DNA of 64,000 bases, from positions 61,938,001 through 62,002,000 of the forward strand of contig CM059444.1 of assembly GCA_030390025.1 (NCBI GenBank), given 5' to 3'. The notes under the pieces were generated by a model. The model had not been told where the DNA came from and ran no database searches. It was given only the letters and a program-made list of their open reading frames with translations. Every line of letters begins with the position of its first letter. Positions within the stretch are counted from its first letter, which is position 1. Positions 48,318 through 60,170 of the stretch are shown here, piece after piece. The stretch is from Squalus acanthias (taxonomy: Eukaryota). The translations under genes were made by a program, and so were the position numbers.

Positions 48318-48780
48318 AGAAAGACTTGCATTTATACAGCACCTTTCATGACCTCAGGACGTCCCAAAGCACTTCACAGCCAATGAAGTACTTTCTGAAG
48401 TGTAGTCACTGTTGTAATGTGGGAAACGCGGCAGCCAATTTGCGCACAGCAAGATCTCACAAACAACAATGTGATAATGAGCAGATAATCTGTTTTTAGT
48501 GATGTTGGTTGAGGGATAAATATTGGCCCAGGACACCGGGGAGAACTCCCCTGCCCTCCTTCAAAATAGTGCCGTGGGATCTTTTACATCCACCTGAGAG
48601 GGTAGACGGGGCCTCAGTTTAACATCTCATCTGAAAGACGGCACCTCCGACAGTGCAGCACTCCCTCAGTACGGCACTGCAGCGTCAGCCTGGATTATGC
48701 GCTCAAGCCTATGGAGTGGGGCTTGAACCAACAAGCTTCTGACTCAGAGGCGAGTGTGGGACCCACTGAGCCACGACTGA
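48318..48780 (-). mobile_element. Deu-domain SINE
   Basis: Full reverse-complement copy. Confidence 0.85.
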
Positions 48781-49277
48781 CACTGAGTGTAATTCCCCTT
48801 TAAGTTGCTCGGGGGGAGTGCGGAGGAGGCATATGCACAGTCTGAGCTCACAAGTGCCAAACACAAGCTATTCATGATCAGCTGGCACTGAAAGTGGTGT
48901 TAGTGTCATACCAGGTGAAAATGTTACCCGCAGTGCAGCAATCCTGCTCGAAACTTTCCTCCCTCTAAAGATCGTCTCGGGGCCAACTTCAAAAAGGGAT
49001 GGCAGAGAAGAGATGGCCAACTATACATAGAATGTACAGCAAAGAAACAGGCCATTCAGCCCAACTGGTCCATGTTCCACACGAGTACCTCCCACCCCTC
49101 TTCATCTTACCCGATAAACATATCCTTCTATTCCTTTCTCCCTCATGTGCTTATTTAGCTTCCTCTTAAATGTATCTATGCTAGCCGCCTCAACTACTCC
49201 TTGTGGTAGCGAGTTCCACATTCTCACCACTCTCTGGGTAAAGAAGTTTCTCCTGAATTCCCTATTGGATTTATTAG

Positions 49278-49812
49278 CCATGATGTGGAGATGCCGGTGT
49301 TGGACTGGGGTGGACAAATGTGAGAAGTCGCACAACACCAGGTTATAGTCCAACAGTTTTATTTGACATTACAGGAAACTTTCGTTTATCCGGCACCGAC
49401 GGGACCGGCGTGGTGCCGGTTGATCGAAAGTGCCGGATGACAGAGAGGTATACTTACCAAGGTACGAGAGCCCCGTACACGGCCACAGGCTGAACAATTG
49501 GGACCCGGAGAGGGAAGGTAAACGAGACTCCGGCTTTTTCCTCCGTGGCGGCGACAGGTCGGAGTCGGAAGAACGTTGACCCCCCTTTCGTGGGGGCGAA
49601 AGGTCAGAATCGGGGTCTTGTCTGGATAATAAAACTTACCTGATTTTTGCCGGTTAAGCGAGAATTCCGGATATTAGGGTGCCGGATAAACGAAAGTTTC
49701 CTGTACAAGCTTTTGGAGCGCTGCTCCTTCATCAGGTGAAGGAGCAGCGCTCCGAAAGCTTGTGATTTCAAATAAAACTGTTGGACTATAACCTGGTGTT
49801 GTGCGACTTCTC
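49278..49812 (-). mobile_element. Fold-back Penelope-like terminal element, copy 3
   Basis: Same arms and tail as copy 1 in reverse orientation. 11-bp TSD GGATTTATTAG (49267-49277, 49813-49823). Confidence 0.8.
49372..49703. mobile_element. Tc1/mariner-superfamily (pogo/Tigger-like) MITE
   Basis: Perfect 26-bp TIRs CAGGAAACTTTCGTTTATCCGGCACC, with TA on both sides (49370-71, 49704-05). Confidence 0.85.
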
Positions 49813-51169
49813 GGATTTATTAGTGACTGTCTTATATTTATGGCCCCTAGTTTCAGTTTCCCCCACAAGTGGAAACATCTTCTCTACGTCTACCCTATCG
49901 AAACTCTTTCATAATCTTGATGACCTCTATCGGGTCACCCCTCAGCCTTCTCTTTTCTAGAGAAAAGAGCCCCAGCCCGTTCAATGCTTCCTGATAGGTA
50001 TAACTCTGGGGCTTTGATTCAATGTCAGCTCAGACGGATGGGATCACAGCCTCTTTCCCTGTTTGGGCCTCACACTGAATGAGCTGGGGCACTCTCAATT
50101 CAGTCCCTAAGGGGCACGGGGCTGGGAGCAGAGCCCCCCAATCAGCACTAAACTGTCCATCTCAGTCCGACAGGCCACAGGATAGCTGTTACACGAAGTG
50201 GAAAAACATCACATTGATGCAAAAAAAGAAAAAGGGTGTTCTTCTGATATGGGGGCTGAGGGCCATTGTTTGGCCTTTACTCTTCTTCTACCTGACCTGG
50301 TCGTGTTCGATGCTGACACTGGGTGCCTGAAATGGTAACGTATATTCCGTGCCCCAGCACTAAAACCCTCCTCCTGCTGAGCACAGGACCACTGCAGTGG
50401 GACACACACGCCTCGGAAATCTGCTCCACAGCAGCACCTAGTGGCCAGATCCTGCAACTACAGCGTGACTGCTGACATAGCGAGTTGCAATGGTAATCAT
50501 AAACCGTAAGGCGTGGCCAAATATCATGACAACAGGAAGTAATGTTTGTGGACAGGAAGCAAACACTTCCCACCGGATTTGTAAATAATGTGTGGGTAAG
50601 ATACAGTTTGTCTTATGTGCTGAGGCTGCTCTTAATCTGCTCGATGTGGGGCAGAATTTAGAGTACCAGCTACAATACTGGAGTAACAAAGCCGCTCTCC
50701 AGTGTTAACGGGAGGGCCCAGCAGAAATGATTAGATGTAACCCGTGCTCTTCATCCTCAAGAGAGGCATCTCACAGGATGATGCTGGAGTATATGATACT
50801 TAACAGTACAGAGACCATGGGGCGGAATCACTATGAGGTACCCAAGAGTGTTCAAGGGGGTGGGGAGGGGGTCTTGCTTATCCAAGGAAAAGCAAAACAA
50901 AAAGAGAGAATGGGTGGCAAACTGGGTCAACCCGAGCAGGGATCCACTCAAACTGGTGGCAGCTAAGCCTTCTTCTTCCAATGGCTGAAAAGGTTCAATA
51001 TGAAGCAAATTTCAGACCATCTCAACCTGCTCCCGCTCAGACATCCCACTGGGCAGGAAACAGGAAAACGTCCCACTGGTGCAGTCGGGGCACGGATTTC
51101 TGGGGCTGGGAATGAAGACATAATACAGAAGTAGAGCAGAGAAACCGTTACCTCCCATGGTCTGAGGTT

Positions 51170-51487
51170 ATCTCCCTCTCTCTGTAACCTCCTCCAGCCC
51201 CACAACCCTCCGAGAACTCTGCGTTCCTCCAATTCTGGTCTCTCGAGCATCCCCGACTTCCTTCGCTCCACCATTGGTGGATGTGCCTTCAGCCATCTAG
51301 ACGCCAAGCTATGGAATTCCCTCCATGAACCTCTCCCTCTTCCTTTAAGACACTCCATAAAACCTACCTCTTGTCCTAATCTGTCCTTTGGCTCAATGTC
51401 AAATTTTTGTCTGATTACCGTCCTGTGAAGCGGCGTGGGACCTTTCACTCGGTTACAGTTGCTATATAAATGCAAGTTGTTGTTGAT
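51170..51487 (+). mobile_element. L2 3' fragment
   Basis: Reverse complement of the L2 at 1015-1510, ending GCTATATAAATGCAAGTTGTTGTTG. Confidence 0.8.
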
Positions 51488-51610
51488 TCTTACACTGGCT
51501 GGCTGAATTGGAACCTCGCTTTGATTGTAAGCAACCCGCATGCAATGAGCTTGGGGTGGTCGCAACCCAGACCAGGATGAGCACAGGTCCATAGCACAAA
51601 AACTGCCACA

Positions 51611-52995
51611 AGTACTGAGGGAGCGCCGCACTGTCGGAAGGGCAGTACTGAGGGAGTGCCGCACTGTCGGGGGGGGCAGTACTGAGGGAGCGCTGCACTG
51701 TCGGAGGGGCAGTACTGAGGGAGCGCTGCACTGTCGGAGGGGCAGTACTGAGGGAGTGCCGCACTGTCGGGGGGGCAGTACTGAGGGAGTGCCGCACTGT
51801 CAGAGGGGCAGTACTGAGGGAGTGCCGCACTGTCGGGGGGGCAGTACTGAGGGAGTGCCGCACTGTCGGGGGGCAGTACTGAGGGAGTGCCGCACTGTCG
51901 GAGGGGCAGTACTGAGGGAGCGCCGCACTGTCGGAGGGGCAGTACTGAGGGAGCGCCGCACTGTCGGAGGGGCAGTACTGAGGGAGCGCCGACTGTCGGA
52001 GGGACAGTACTGAGGGAGCGCCGACTGTCGGAGGGGCAGTACTGAGGGAGCGCTGCACTGTCGGGGGGGCAGTACTGAGGGAGCGCCGCACTGTCGGAGG
52101 GGCAGTACTGAGGGAGTGCTGCACTGTCGGAGGGGCAGTACTGAGGGAGCGCCGACTGTCGGAGGGGTAGTACTGAGGGAGTGCCGACTGTCAGAGGGGC
52201 AGTACTGAGGGAGTGCCGCACTGTCGGAGGGGTAGTACTGAGGGAGTGCCGCACTGTCGGAGGGGTAGTACTGAGGGAGTGCCGCAATGTCGGAAGGGCA
52301 GTACTGAGGGAGTGCTGCACTGTCGGAGGAACAGTACTGAGGGAGCGCTGCACTGTCAGAGGGGCAGTACTGAGGGAGTGCTGCACTGTCGGAGGGGCAG
52401 TACTGAGGGAGTGCTGCACTGTCGGAGGGGCAGTACTGAGGGAGTGCTGCACTGTCGGAGGAACAGTACTGAGGGAGCGCCGACTGTCGGAGGGACAGTA
52501 CTGAGGGAGCGCCGCACTGTCGGAGGGGCAGTACTGAGGGAGTGCTGCACTGTCGGAGGAACAGTACTGAGGGAGCGCCGACTGTCGGAGGGGCAGTACT
52601 GAGGGAGTGTTGCACTGTCGGAGGGGCAGTACTGAGGGAGTGCTACACTGTCGGAGGTGCCATTTTTGGGATGAGACGTTAAACCGAGGCCCCGTCTGCT
52701 CTCTCAGGTGGACATAAAAGATCCCACTACACTATTTCAAAGAATAGCAGGGGACTTCTCCCCGGTGTCCTGGGCCAATATTTATCCCTCAACCAACATC
52801 ACTAGAACAGATTATCTGGTCATTTATCTCACTGCTGTTTGTGGGAGCTTGCTGTGTGCAATTTGTCTGCCACATTTCTCACATTACAACAGTGACTACA
52901 CTTCAAAAAGTACTTCAGTGGCTGTAAAGCGCTTTGGAGCGTCCTGAGGTTGTGAAAGGCGCTATATAAATAAATCCAAGTCTCTTTCTTTCTTT
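51611..52995 (+). mobile_element. 5'-truncated Deu-domain SINE starting with a 33-bp array (about 32 units, 51612-52655)
   Basis: Array runs directly into GGAGGTGCC...GATGAGACGTTAAACCGAGG and the SINE tail. Confidence 0.9.
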
Positions 52996-53143
52996 GTAAG
53001 TAACCCATTCCTTTCATCCAACACTCGCAAAACATGGCTGTCCCCCTAATTCATCCTGTATAAAACCGTAAACCTCATTATTAGGTCCCACATTCTGGAG
53101 ATATCAGCAATGACCAGTGCCTTCTTTTATCTGCTGACTGTAC

Positions 53144-53240
53144 CTTTGATGTTGGCAGGATTGTCGATGACAAAATTCCCATTCCATACGACTGAGAGAT
53201 CCACAGGAAGGTCGCTGATGTCATTTCCTTCATATGTGTA
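53144..53240 (-). CDS. PLXNA1: Plexin-A1-like exon (1st in window), end of IPT domain before PSI3
   Basis: 97 nt, ttccag|TAC...AAAG|gtacag. Translates [32 protein letters not shown], close to PLXNA1 [32 protein letters not shown] as recalled. Ends in phase 1, matching the next exon. Confidence 0.9.
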
Positions 53241-53946
53241 CTGGAAGAGAAAGACAGACAGGCTCAGTAAGGGAGGGGAGCTTTAGCAACGTGAGGCATT
53301 CATTGAGGGCAGCAAGTCACTTTTCCTATCCTGATTCGCACCAACAAACACTAATGCACCAAAGAAACAAGAGTAACTGCCATTCACCTGACTGCTGTTT
53401 GTGGCTGCCACATTTTGCAAAGAGCCAGCACAGGCACGATGGGCCGAATGGCCTCCTTCTGTGCTGTACGATTCTATGATTTGCCTACATAACACGAATC
53501 ACTGCACTTCATAGAATCTGACAGCACAGAAGGAGGCCCCGTCTGCTCTCTCAGGTGCCTGTGTCGGCAAAATAATCTTCAAAGTTATTCACTGTATGAG
53601 ATAAACTGTGGTTAAAAAAAGAGAGATTTGATAAGATGCCATACAAATTTCTTTCTTTCTTTCCTTCCCTCAGGGCTCTGCAAATAGTAAGGCTCACTTT
53701 GCACATGGTCAGGTCATTAAAGGGGGTGCCTTTACCCTTGGAATTAAGGGCATTGCTTTGTGCTACATTCTACAGCAGTGGATACAGTGATGTTCTCAGG
53801 AAGCTCAACAATCCCTGCCAATACATTGATTATGCGTGATGTCACTATGATGGACGGCGAGGCGAGGCTCCATCGTTACCACCCAACCCGGAGGTCTGCG
53901 GGTGGGTGATTCTCTTTCCAAAAACAGCACTGACGCCCACTTTAAA

Positions 53947-54165
53947 TGAGAAGTCGCACAACACCAGGTTATAGTCCAACAGCTTTATTTGAAATCACAA
54001 GCTTTCGGAGCGCTGCTCCTTCGTCAGGTGAAGTGAAGACTGTACCTGACGAAGGAGCAGCAGCTCCGAAAGCTTGTGATTTCAAATAAAGCTGTTGGAC
54101 TATAACCTGGTGTTGTGCGACTTCTCACTTTTGTCCACCCCAGTCCAACACTGGCATCTCTGCAT
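53947..54165 (+). mobile_element. Fold-back Penelope-like terminal element, copy 2
   Basis: Inverted arms of about 83 nt (53947-54029, 54044-54127) plus tail. 13-bp TSD CACTTTAAATGAG (53938-53950, 54166-54178). Confidence 0.8.
53995..54031 (-). ncRNA. Minimal type-I hammerhead ribozyme motif (putative)
   Basis: Identical to the motif at 2293-2329. Confidence 0.65.
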
Positions 54166-54892
54166 CACTTTAAATGAGTTTAAGCTTCTTTTTCTGATTG
54201 ATATTTCCTGTCCAACTCTGCCTTCAAAATCTCACTCATGTAATACAAACCGCCCAATTTGGGATGAACACCACCACCACACTGTGGTGCCCAGTCCAGC
54301 ACACAGCCAGACCACGTGCCCACCCACTGATGGGCATTGTAAGATGCTGCCAGCTGGTTCGCCCAGCACCCCAGTGCTACTGGGGCCACCTGCCTTTTGT
54401 ACTGCTGGATTAGATCTGCCCTTTGCTTCACACACACACACACATTGTCCCTTGGGTTTTGGAAGGCGGCAGACAGGCTCCCCAGAAGAGCTGTGTGTTT
54501 ACAGGAGGGCAATCTCGTGTACAAGTCTGGATGGTTTGAGGAATAGCACACTGCCCCTGCTCTCCGGAAGTCAACCGAAATCCCACCAACATGCCACGAG
54601 ATCCACCAATCTTGTTGGAAGTCACTGACCATTTGGGGGGGGTTTTTTGCCCCCAATTTCATCCTTTCTCCTGCTGAAGGTGCGGACTCCTTGCTTGGGT
54701 GCATTCCCCAGCAACCCTCCCAACGAGTCAAGCCTTCGTACACGAGCCTAGACAGTGGCCGTCAGCAGGGCACCTGGCTGTGGAGGGCATCAGCTCAGCC
54801 CCAGTACTGCCCCCATCTGACGTCAGCACGTCGACCAGGAGTACGAACCCCGATTGGTTTTCCCATCCTCAGCCCAGAGGCACGGACACCAG

Positions 54893-55465
54893 ATATGCTG
54901 AACCTTTATAAATCACTGGTTCGGCCCCAGCTGGAGTATTGTGTCCAATTCTGGGCACCGCACTTTAGGAAGGATGTCAAGGCCTTGGAGAGGGTGCAGA
55001 AGAGATTTACCAGAATGGTACCAGGGATGAGAGTCTTCAGTTACGGAGAGACTGGAGAAACTGGGATTGTTTTCCTTAGAACGGAGAAGGATAAGGGGAG
55101 ATTCAATAAAGGTGTACAAAATCATGAGGGGTTTTGATAGAGGAAATGGGAGAAACTGTTTCCAGTGGCAGAAGGGTCGGTAACCAGAGGACGCAGATTG
55201 AAGGTCAGAAGAACCGGGGGGGGAATGAGAATTTTTTTTTACGCAGCGAGTTGTTGTGATCTGGAACGCGCTGCCTGAAAGGGCGGTGGAAGCAGATTCA
55301 ATTGTAACTTTCAAAAGGGAATTGGATAAATACTTGAGGGGGAAAAATTTACTATGAAGAAAGAGCAGGGGGAATGGGACTAATTGGAGAGCTCGTTCAA
55401 AGAGCCGGCACAGGCATGATGGGCCGAATGGTCTCCTCCTGCGCTGCATCATTCGACGATCCTCT
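54893..55465 (+). mobile_element. CR1 3' fragment
   Basis: MLNLYKSLVRPQLEYCVQFWAPHFRKDVKALERVQKRFTRMVPG plus 3' UTR. Confidence 0.88.
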
Positions 55466-55664
55466 GAATTGTGGGACTCTTCATTCTGTCCTGTCTGAGA
55501 TTAGCTCATGTAACACAAACCAAGAATAGAACCTTGGATGTCGCTGGTCCGTGGCTCAGTACCAACTGACCAATCAGCACGAACATACGAAATTGACGGG
55601 CAGGATAAGACCAGCTGGTCCATCAAGCCTGTCCCACACCATGATCACTGGAGCGTCGTGACCA

Positions 55665-56205
55665 GACACCCAACTTCCCCCCACCCCTCCCCCGCCCAAC
55701 CCCTCCCCCACCCCAAGCCCAACGCCTCCTCCACCCCAACTCACGCCCAACCCCTCCCCCACCCCAACTCACACCCAACCCCTCCCCCACCCCAACACAC
55801 GCCCAACCCCTCCCCCACCCCAACTCACGCCCAACCCCTCCCCCACCCCAACTCACACCCAACCCCTCCCCCACCCCAACTCACGCCCAACCCCTCCCCC
55901 ACCCCAACTCACACCCAACCCCTCCCCCACCCCAACTCACACCCAACCCCTCCCCCGCCCAACCCCTCCCCCACCCCAACTCACGCCCAACCCCTCCCCC
56001 GCCCAACTCACACCCAACCCCTCCCCCGCCCAACCCCTCCCCCACCCCAACTCACGCCCAACCCCTCCCCCACCCCAACTCACGCCCAACCCCTCCCCCA
56101 ACCCAACTCACACCCAACCCCTCCCCCACCCCAGCTCACGCCCAACCCCTCCCCCACCTCCCACCCAACACAACCCCTCCCCAACCCCTCCCCCACCCCC
56201 ACTCC
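55665..56205. repeat. 28-bp C-rich minisatellite (CCCAACCCCTCCCCCACCCCAACTCACG/A)n
   Basis: Directly visible. Each unit has four G-runs on the minus strand. Confidence 0.92.
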
Positions 56206-58855
56206 TCCAGTCATGTAATCTCCTGGGAAGAGGCAAAAAAAAAGAGTAAAAGCCAATAAGGGAAAGAATACTCCTGGAAAATTCCTCTCTGACCCCCTCA
56301 GGCGATGGGAACCAGTCCAGGAGATCTCACGGACCAAGCGTTATCTCGCGGGGATATCGCCAACGTTCCCCCTAAGGTGAGCGACCGCGCACCAATCGGG
56401 ACATCCCGCGCAGGCCGCTCACCAGCTGCAGGAAGATCCCGCCCGTGCGCAGGAAAGTTAAAGGAACTGCGCATTAGATCGCAAATTAGCGACCACCATT
56501 TCGGAAGCCTACAAAAATACACCCAGACGTATTGCCCTCGCTGTCGAGACAAGCACAGCCGCACAAGACAAGTACAATTTCAACCGTGGCGACATTACCC
56601 CCCTCCCCCCACCCGCCGGCTCTTTGAAAGAGATATCCAATTAGTCCCACTACCCGGCTCTGAAAATCTTTCCCCCCTCAAGTCTCAGCGGGATTTGCAT
56701 CAGTTAATACAACTTGCGATGGAAGGGTAGAAGAAGCGAGGAGCAGAGGAGCCAAGACGGAAGAGGTAATAAAAACCGGAACCTCCACAAGACTGTTCTC
56801 AGTCTTAAGGGACGCAGCTTTGATCGAGTTAACGCAGCGATTTGCACGAGTAATGTAGTCAGTATTGGGCAGGGAGGCGGGGTGGGGGGGGGGGGGGTGA
56901 AGAGAGGAGAATGAACAGAAGAATTAATTTTAAATTAAATGTGCCTTGCAAATCAGATTGCGAAGTGATAATAAATGGACTTCACGAATTACCGCTTCAG
57001 ATTTCTCGCTATCAAATTATCTCATCAACAGCCAAGTGCGATCCATCAGCCGGGTCTGTGGAGCCAGGAGAGTTGTGGAAATTTGAACAATCCACATTGC
57101 TCTCGCTGTAGCCTCTTGTGGCCAATGTTTGTGCCTCCTTTATATGACTGCTGAAAATGGCCCCCCCCCCCCCCCCCCGCCAAAGAGTGGATCGTCACAC
57201 CTTGGCTCAGCTGATCATACGCCCACTTCCGAATGAGAAGTTGGGGAGGGGGGGGGGGCTCAAGTTACGTGCCACCAGGTTGTGGGTGGGGGGGGGGAAA
57301 GGTTTGAAATTCATGCCACCAGTTTGGGTGCATAATCCAAGTCGACTGCTTTCCTGGCCAAGATTCACTTCACTCCTCAGCCCAGCACGACCCAGAAATC
57401 AGGTCAACTGATTTTAGGACATTCATCTTCGGTGATGTTTGTGGGATCTTGCTGTGCATAAAATGGTTGAAACATTTGCCTGCGTAACAACTTGTCACTC
57501 CATTTGGATAAATGCTTGAAGGGAAAACATTTTTACAGGGCTATGGGGGTGGAGGGGTGGGGAGAGAGAAAGAGCAGTGGAAGTGGGATTAATTGGATCG
57601 CTCTACCAAAGAGCCGGCACAGGCTCGATGGGCCAAATGTGCTGTTTCATTCGATGAATTCGATAGTTCATTGTCTGTGAAGCTCAATGAGATGTTTGAA
57701 ATGCGATATAAAACCAAGTCTTCCCTTTCAACCCAACCTGTTCCATTATCCATGCTCCACTTCCAAGAGACATATGACCAGATCTCCTACCTTAAAAGTG
57801 CATCGTCCCCCCGCCCCCCCCCCCCCGCCCCCACAACCCGCCAGTGCCCAATGTCCTTCCCTCTTTTCCTTGATCTGACTGCTGCCGGAGTAGGATTCTA
57901 CAGGCACCATCAGCTCTCTGGTACCTCGTGCCAGTGACTATACTTCATGCCTAAGTCTAGACAATGAGGGCGTGCAGGGTAGTCGTGTGTGAAGAGCGTG
58001 CACCGCAGCCAACACCGACCCTGATGTCCACACCGAGCCACTTCCCAGCGCGAGTCACTAGTCGTCTTCGGGTATTGGTAACACTGCACTGTGGCCAACT
58101 CGAGACTCCCTTCTGCTGGCTCAGCACAGGTCAGGGCACGAACAGGGAACCGTTCTGGCCAGTAAGGCTCAGTAGCACACCACAAGGTCCAGCTCACCAG
58201 AGCTACCACGCTCAACAATGCTCGTCACTCTCGAAACCCATATCCCTGTACCCTGTGCTGAATCAGAAATTGGTGCGATTTCCTTTTGAATGAGCTGAAT
58301 TACTATTTACTACACTAGGTGGCAGTCTAGTCCAAGAAGTAATAGAGACCAAGTTCAACAGAGCTTCCTCAGATTCTGATCACCTCCCCTGCCTTTGCGC
58401 AAAGTATCTCCCTACAATTCACCTCATTAATGTATTAAAAGCTTGGGTCAAGGCCCACAATGGTTCCCGAGATGGCGTTGGAGAGAGAGAAGCGAGCATG
58501 AGAGGGAGCGAGAGAGAATGTGAGAGAGAGATTATAGAAGCAGGAAGAGGGAGAGAGACACGCAGAGACAGAGTAAACAGAAAGACAGACAGGAAGAAAG
58601 AGAGAGACAAAGAAATGTAGAAGACAGAATGAGACACAAAAGGAGGGAGAGAGAGAGAAAGAGAAAGAGAGGGACACAAGAAGGGTCAGAGGAAAAAAAG
58701 AGCAAGAGAAACAGGAAAAAGTGAACTGGTGAGTGAGCAATCAGAGAAAAAGCATGTTCTTTGTGGAGAAGTGCAGACCTAGTTGAATAACGGAGGTGGG
58801 TAAATATTCCACAGTTTTGCTTGGTCACTTTTGGGGAATGTGCATCAGAACTGTC

Positions 58856-59105
58856 AGCAGTGGCTAGTGGGTAGCACTCGTGCCTCTGAGTCAGAGGTTG
58901 TGGGTTCAAGTCCCGCTCCAGAGACTTGAGCACAAAAATCTAGGCCGACACTCCCAGCGCCAGTACTGAGGGAGTGCTGCACTGTCGGTAGGCGCCGTCT
59001 TGCGGATGAAACGTTAAACCGAGGCACCCCGCCTGCTCTCTCAAGTGGACGTAAAAGATCCCATGGCCACTATTTGAAGAAGAGCAGGGGGGTTCTCCCC
59101 ACAGA
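58856..59105 (+). mobile_element. Deu-domain SINE 5' half
   Basis: tRNA-like head plus Deu block. Other older or partial copies lie at about 38285-38580(+), 59135-59575(-), 60815-61245(-) and 63175-63605(-). Confidence 0.8.
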
Positions 59106-59619
59106 GTCCTGACCATTGACCCGGGCTGGAAAGGGAGAATTTGCATTTTATACCATTGCTTGCTCCTCAGGATATTCCCAAACCTCTTTTGTGCTTTTGA
59201 AGTGTAAGTCAGCGCCCTTACACAAGACAAACAAGGCAGTCGACTTGTGCACAGCAAGATCCCACAGCAAATCAAACAAGAGAGCAATCACTTGGTTTTC
59301 TGATGGAAGTTGGCTGGGACAAATGTTGGCCAGGACACCGAGAATTCGCTGCTTTTCTTCAACAAAAGGGCCACGGGATCCTTTACGTTTATCCGAACAG
59401 GGACTCAAAAAAAAAAGAGGCCTCGTTTTCAACAGCTGATCCAAAAAGACAACATCTCCAACGGTGCCGCACCCCCTCAGACCTGGACCTCAGCCTAGAT
59501 AACATGCTCCAGCTCCTGGAATGCAGCTTGAACCCGCAACCTTCTAACTGAGTGCTAGCAACCGAAACAAACTGACACTGGAAAGTGTGACTGTGCGAAC
59601 ACATACAACATCAACTCTA

Positions 59620-60170
59620 TGTAATACAGTAAAATATCCCACAGTAGCGCAATCAGACAAAAAGTTTGACACCGAGCCACACTCAAGGAGATATTAGGAG
59701 AGGTGGCGAGGTCAGTTTTAAAGAGCGTCTAAAGGAGGAGAGGTAGAGAGGTGGAGAGGTTTAGGGGGGAAATTCCAGAGCTTAGGGCCCAGGCAGCTGA
59801 AGGCACAGCCACCAATGGTGGAGCGATTATAATCAGGGAAGCGCAAGAGGCCAGAATTAGAGGAGTGCAAGAGATCTTGGAGGGTCATAGGGCTGGAGGA
59901 GGTTACAGAGATAGGGAGGGGCGAGGCCATGGAGGGATTTGAAAACAAGGATGACAATTTTAAAATCGAAGCGCTGCTTAACCGGGAGCCAATGTAGGTC
60001 AGCGAGCACAGGGGAGATGGGTGAACGGGACTTGGTGCGAGTTAGGACACAGGGGCAGCCGAGTTTTGGATCACCTGAAGTTTACGTAGGGTGGAATGTG
60101 GGAGGCCAGCCAGGAGTGCGTTGGAATAGTCAAGTCTGGAGGCAACAAAGGCATGATGAGGGTCTCAGCA
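59620..60170 (-). mobile_element. L2 3' fragment
   Basis: Highly similar to 16485-17070. Confidence 0.82.

Larger units (their letters stand above)
49020..50005 (-). mobile_element. CR1 3' fragment interrupted by nested insertions
   Basis: CR1 3' UTR and ORF2 end at 49020-49277, resuming at 49813-50005. Confidence 0.85.

Noticed and set aside
55538-56218. Proline-rich extensin-like ORF, and Gly-rich ORFs at 43208-43925
   Set aside because: Translations of C-rich minisatellites.
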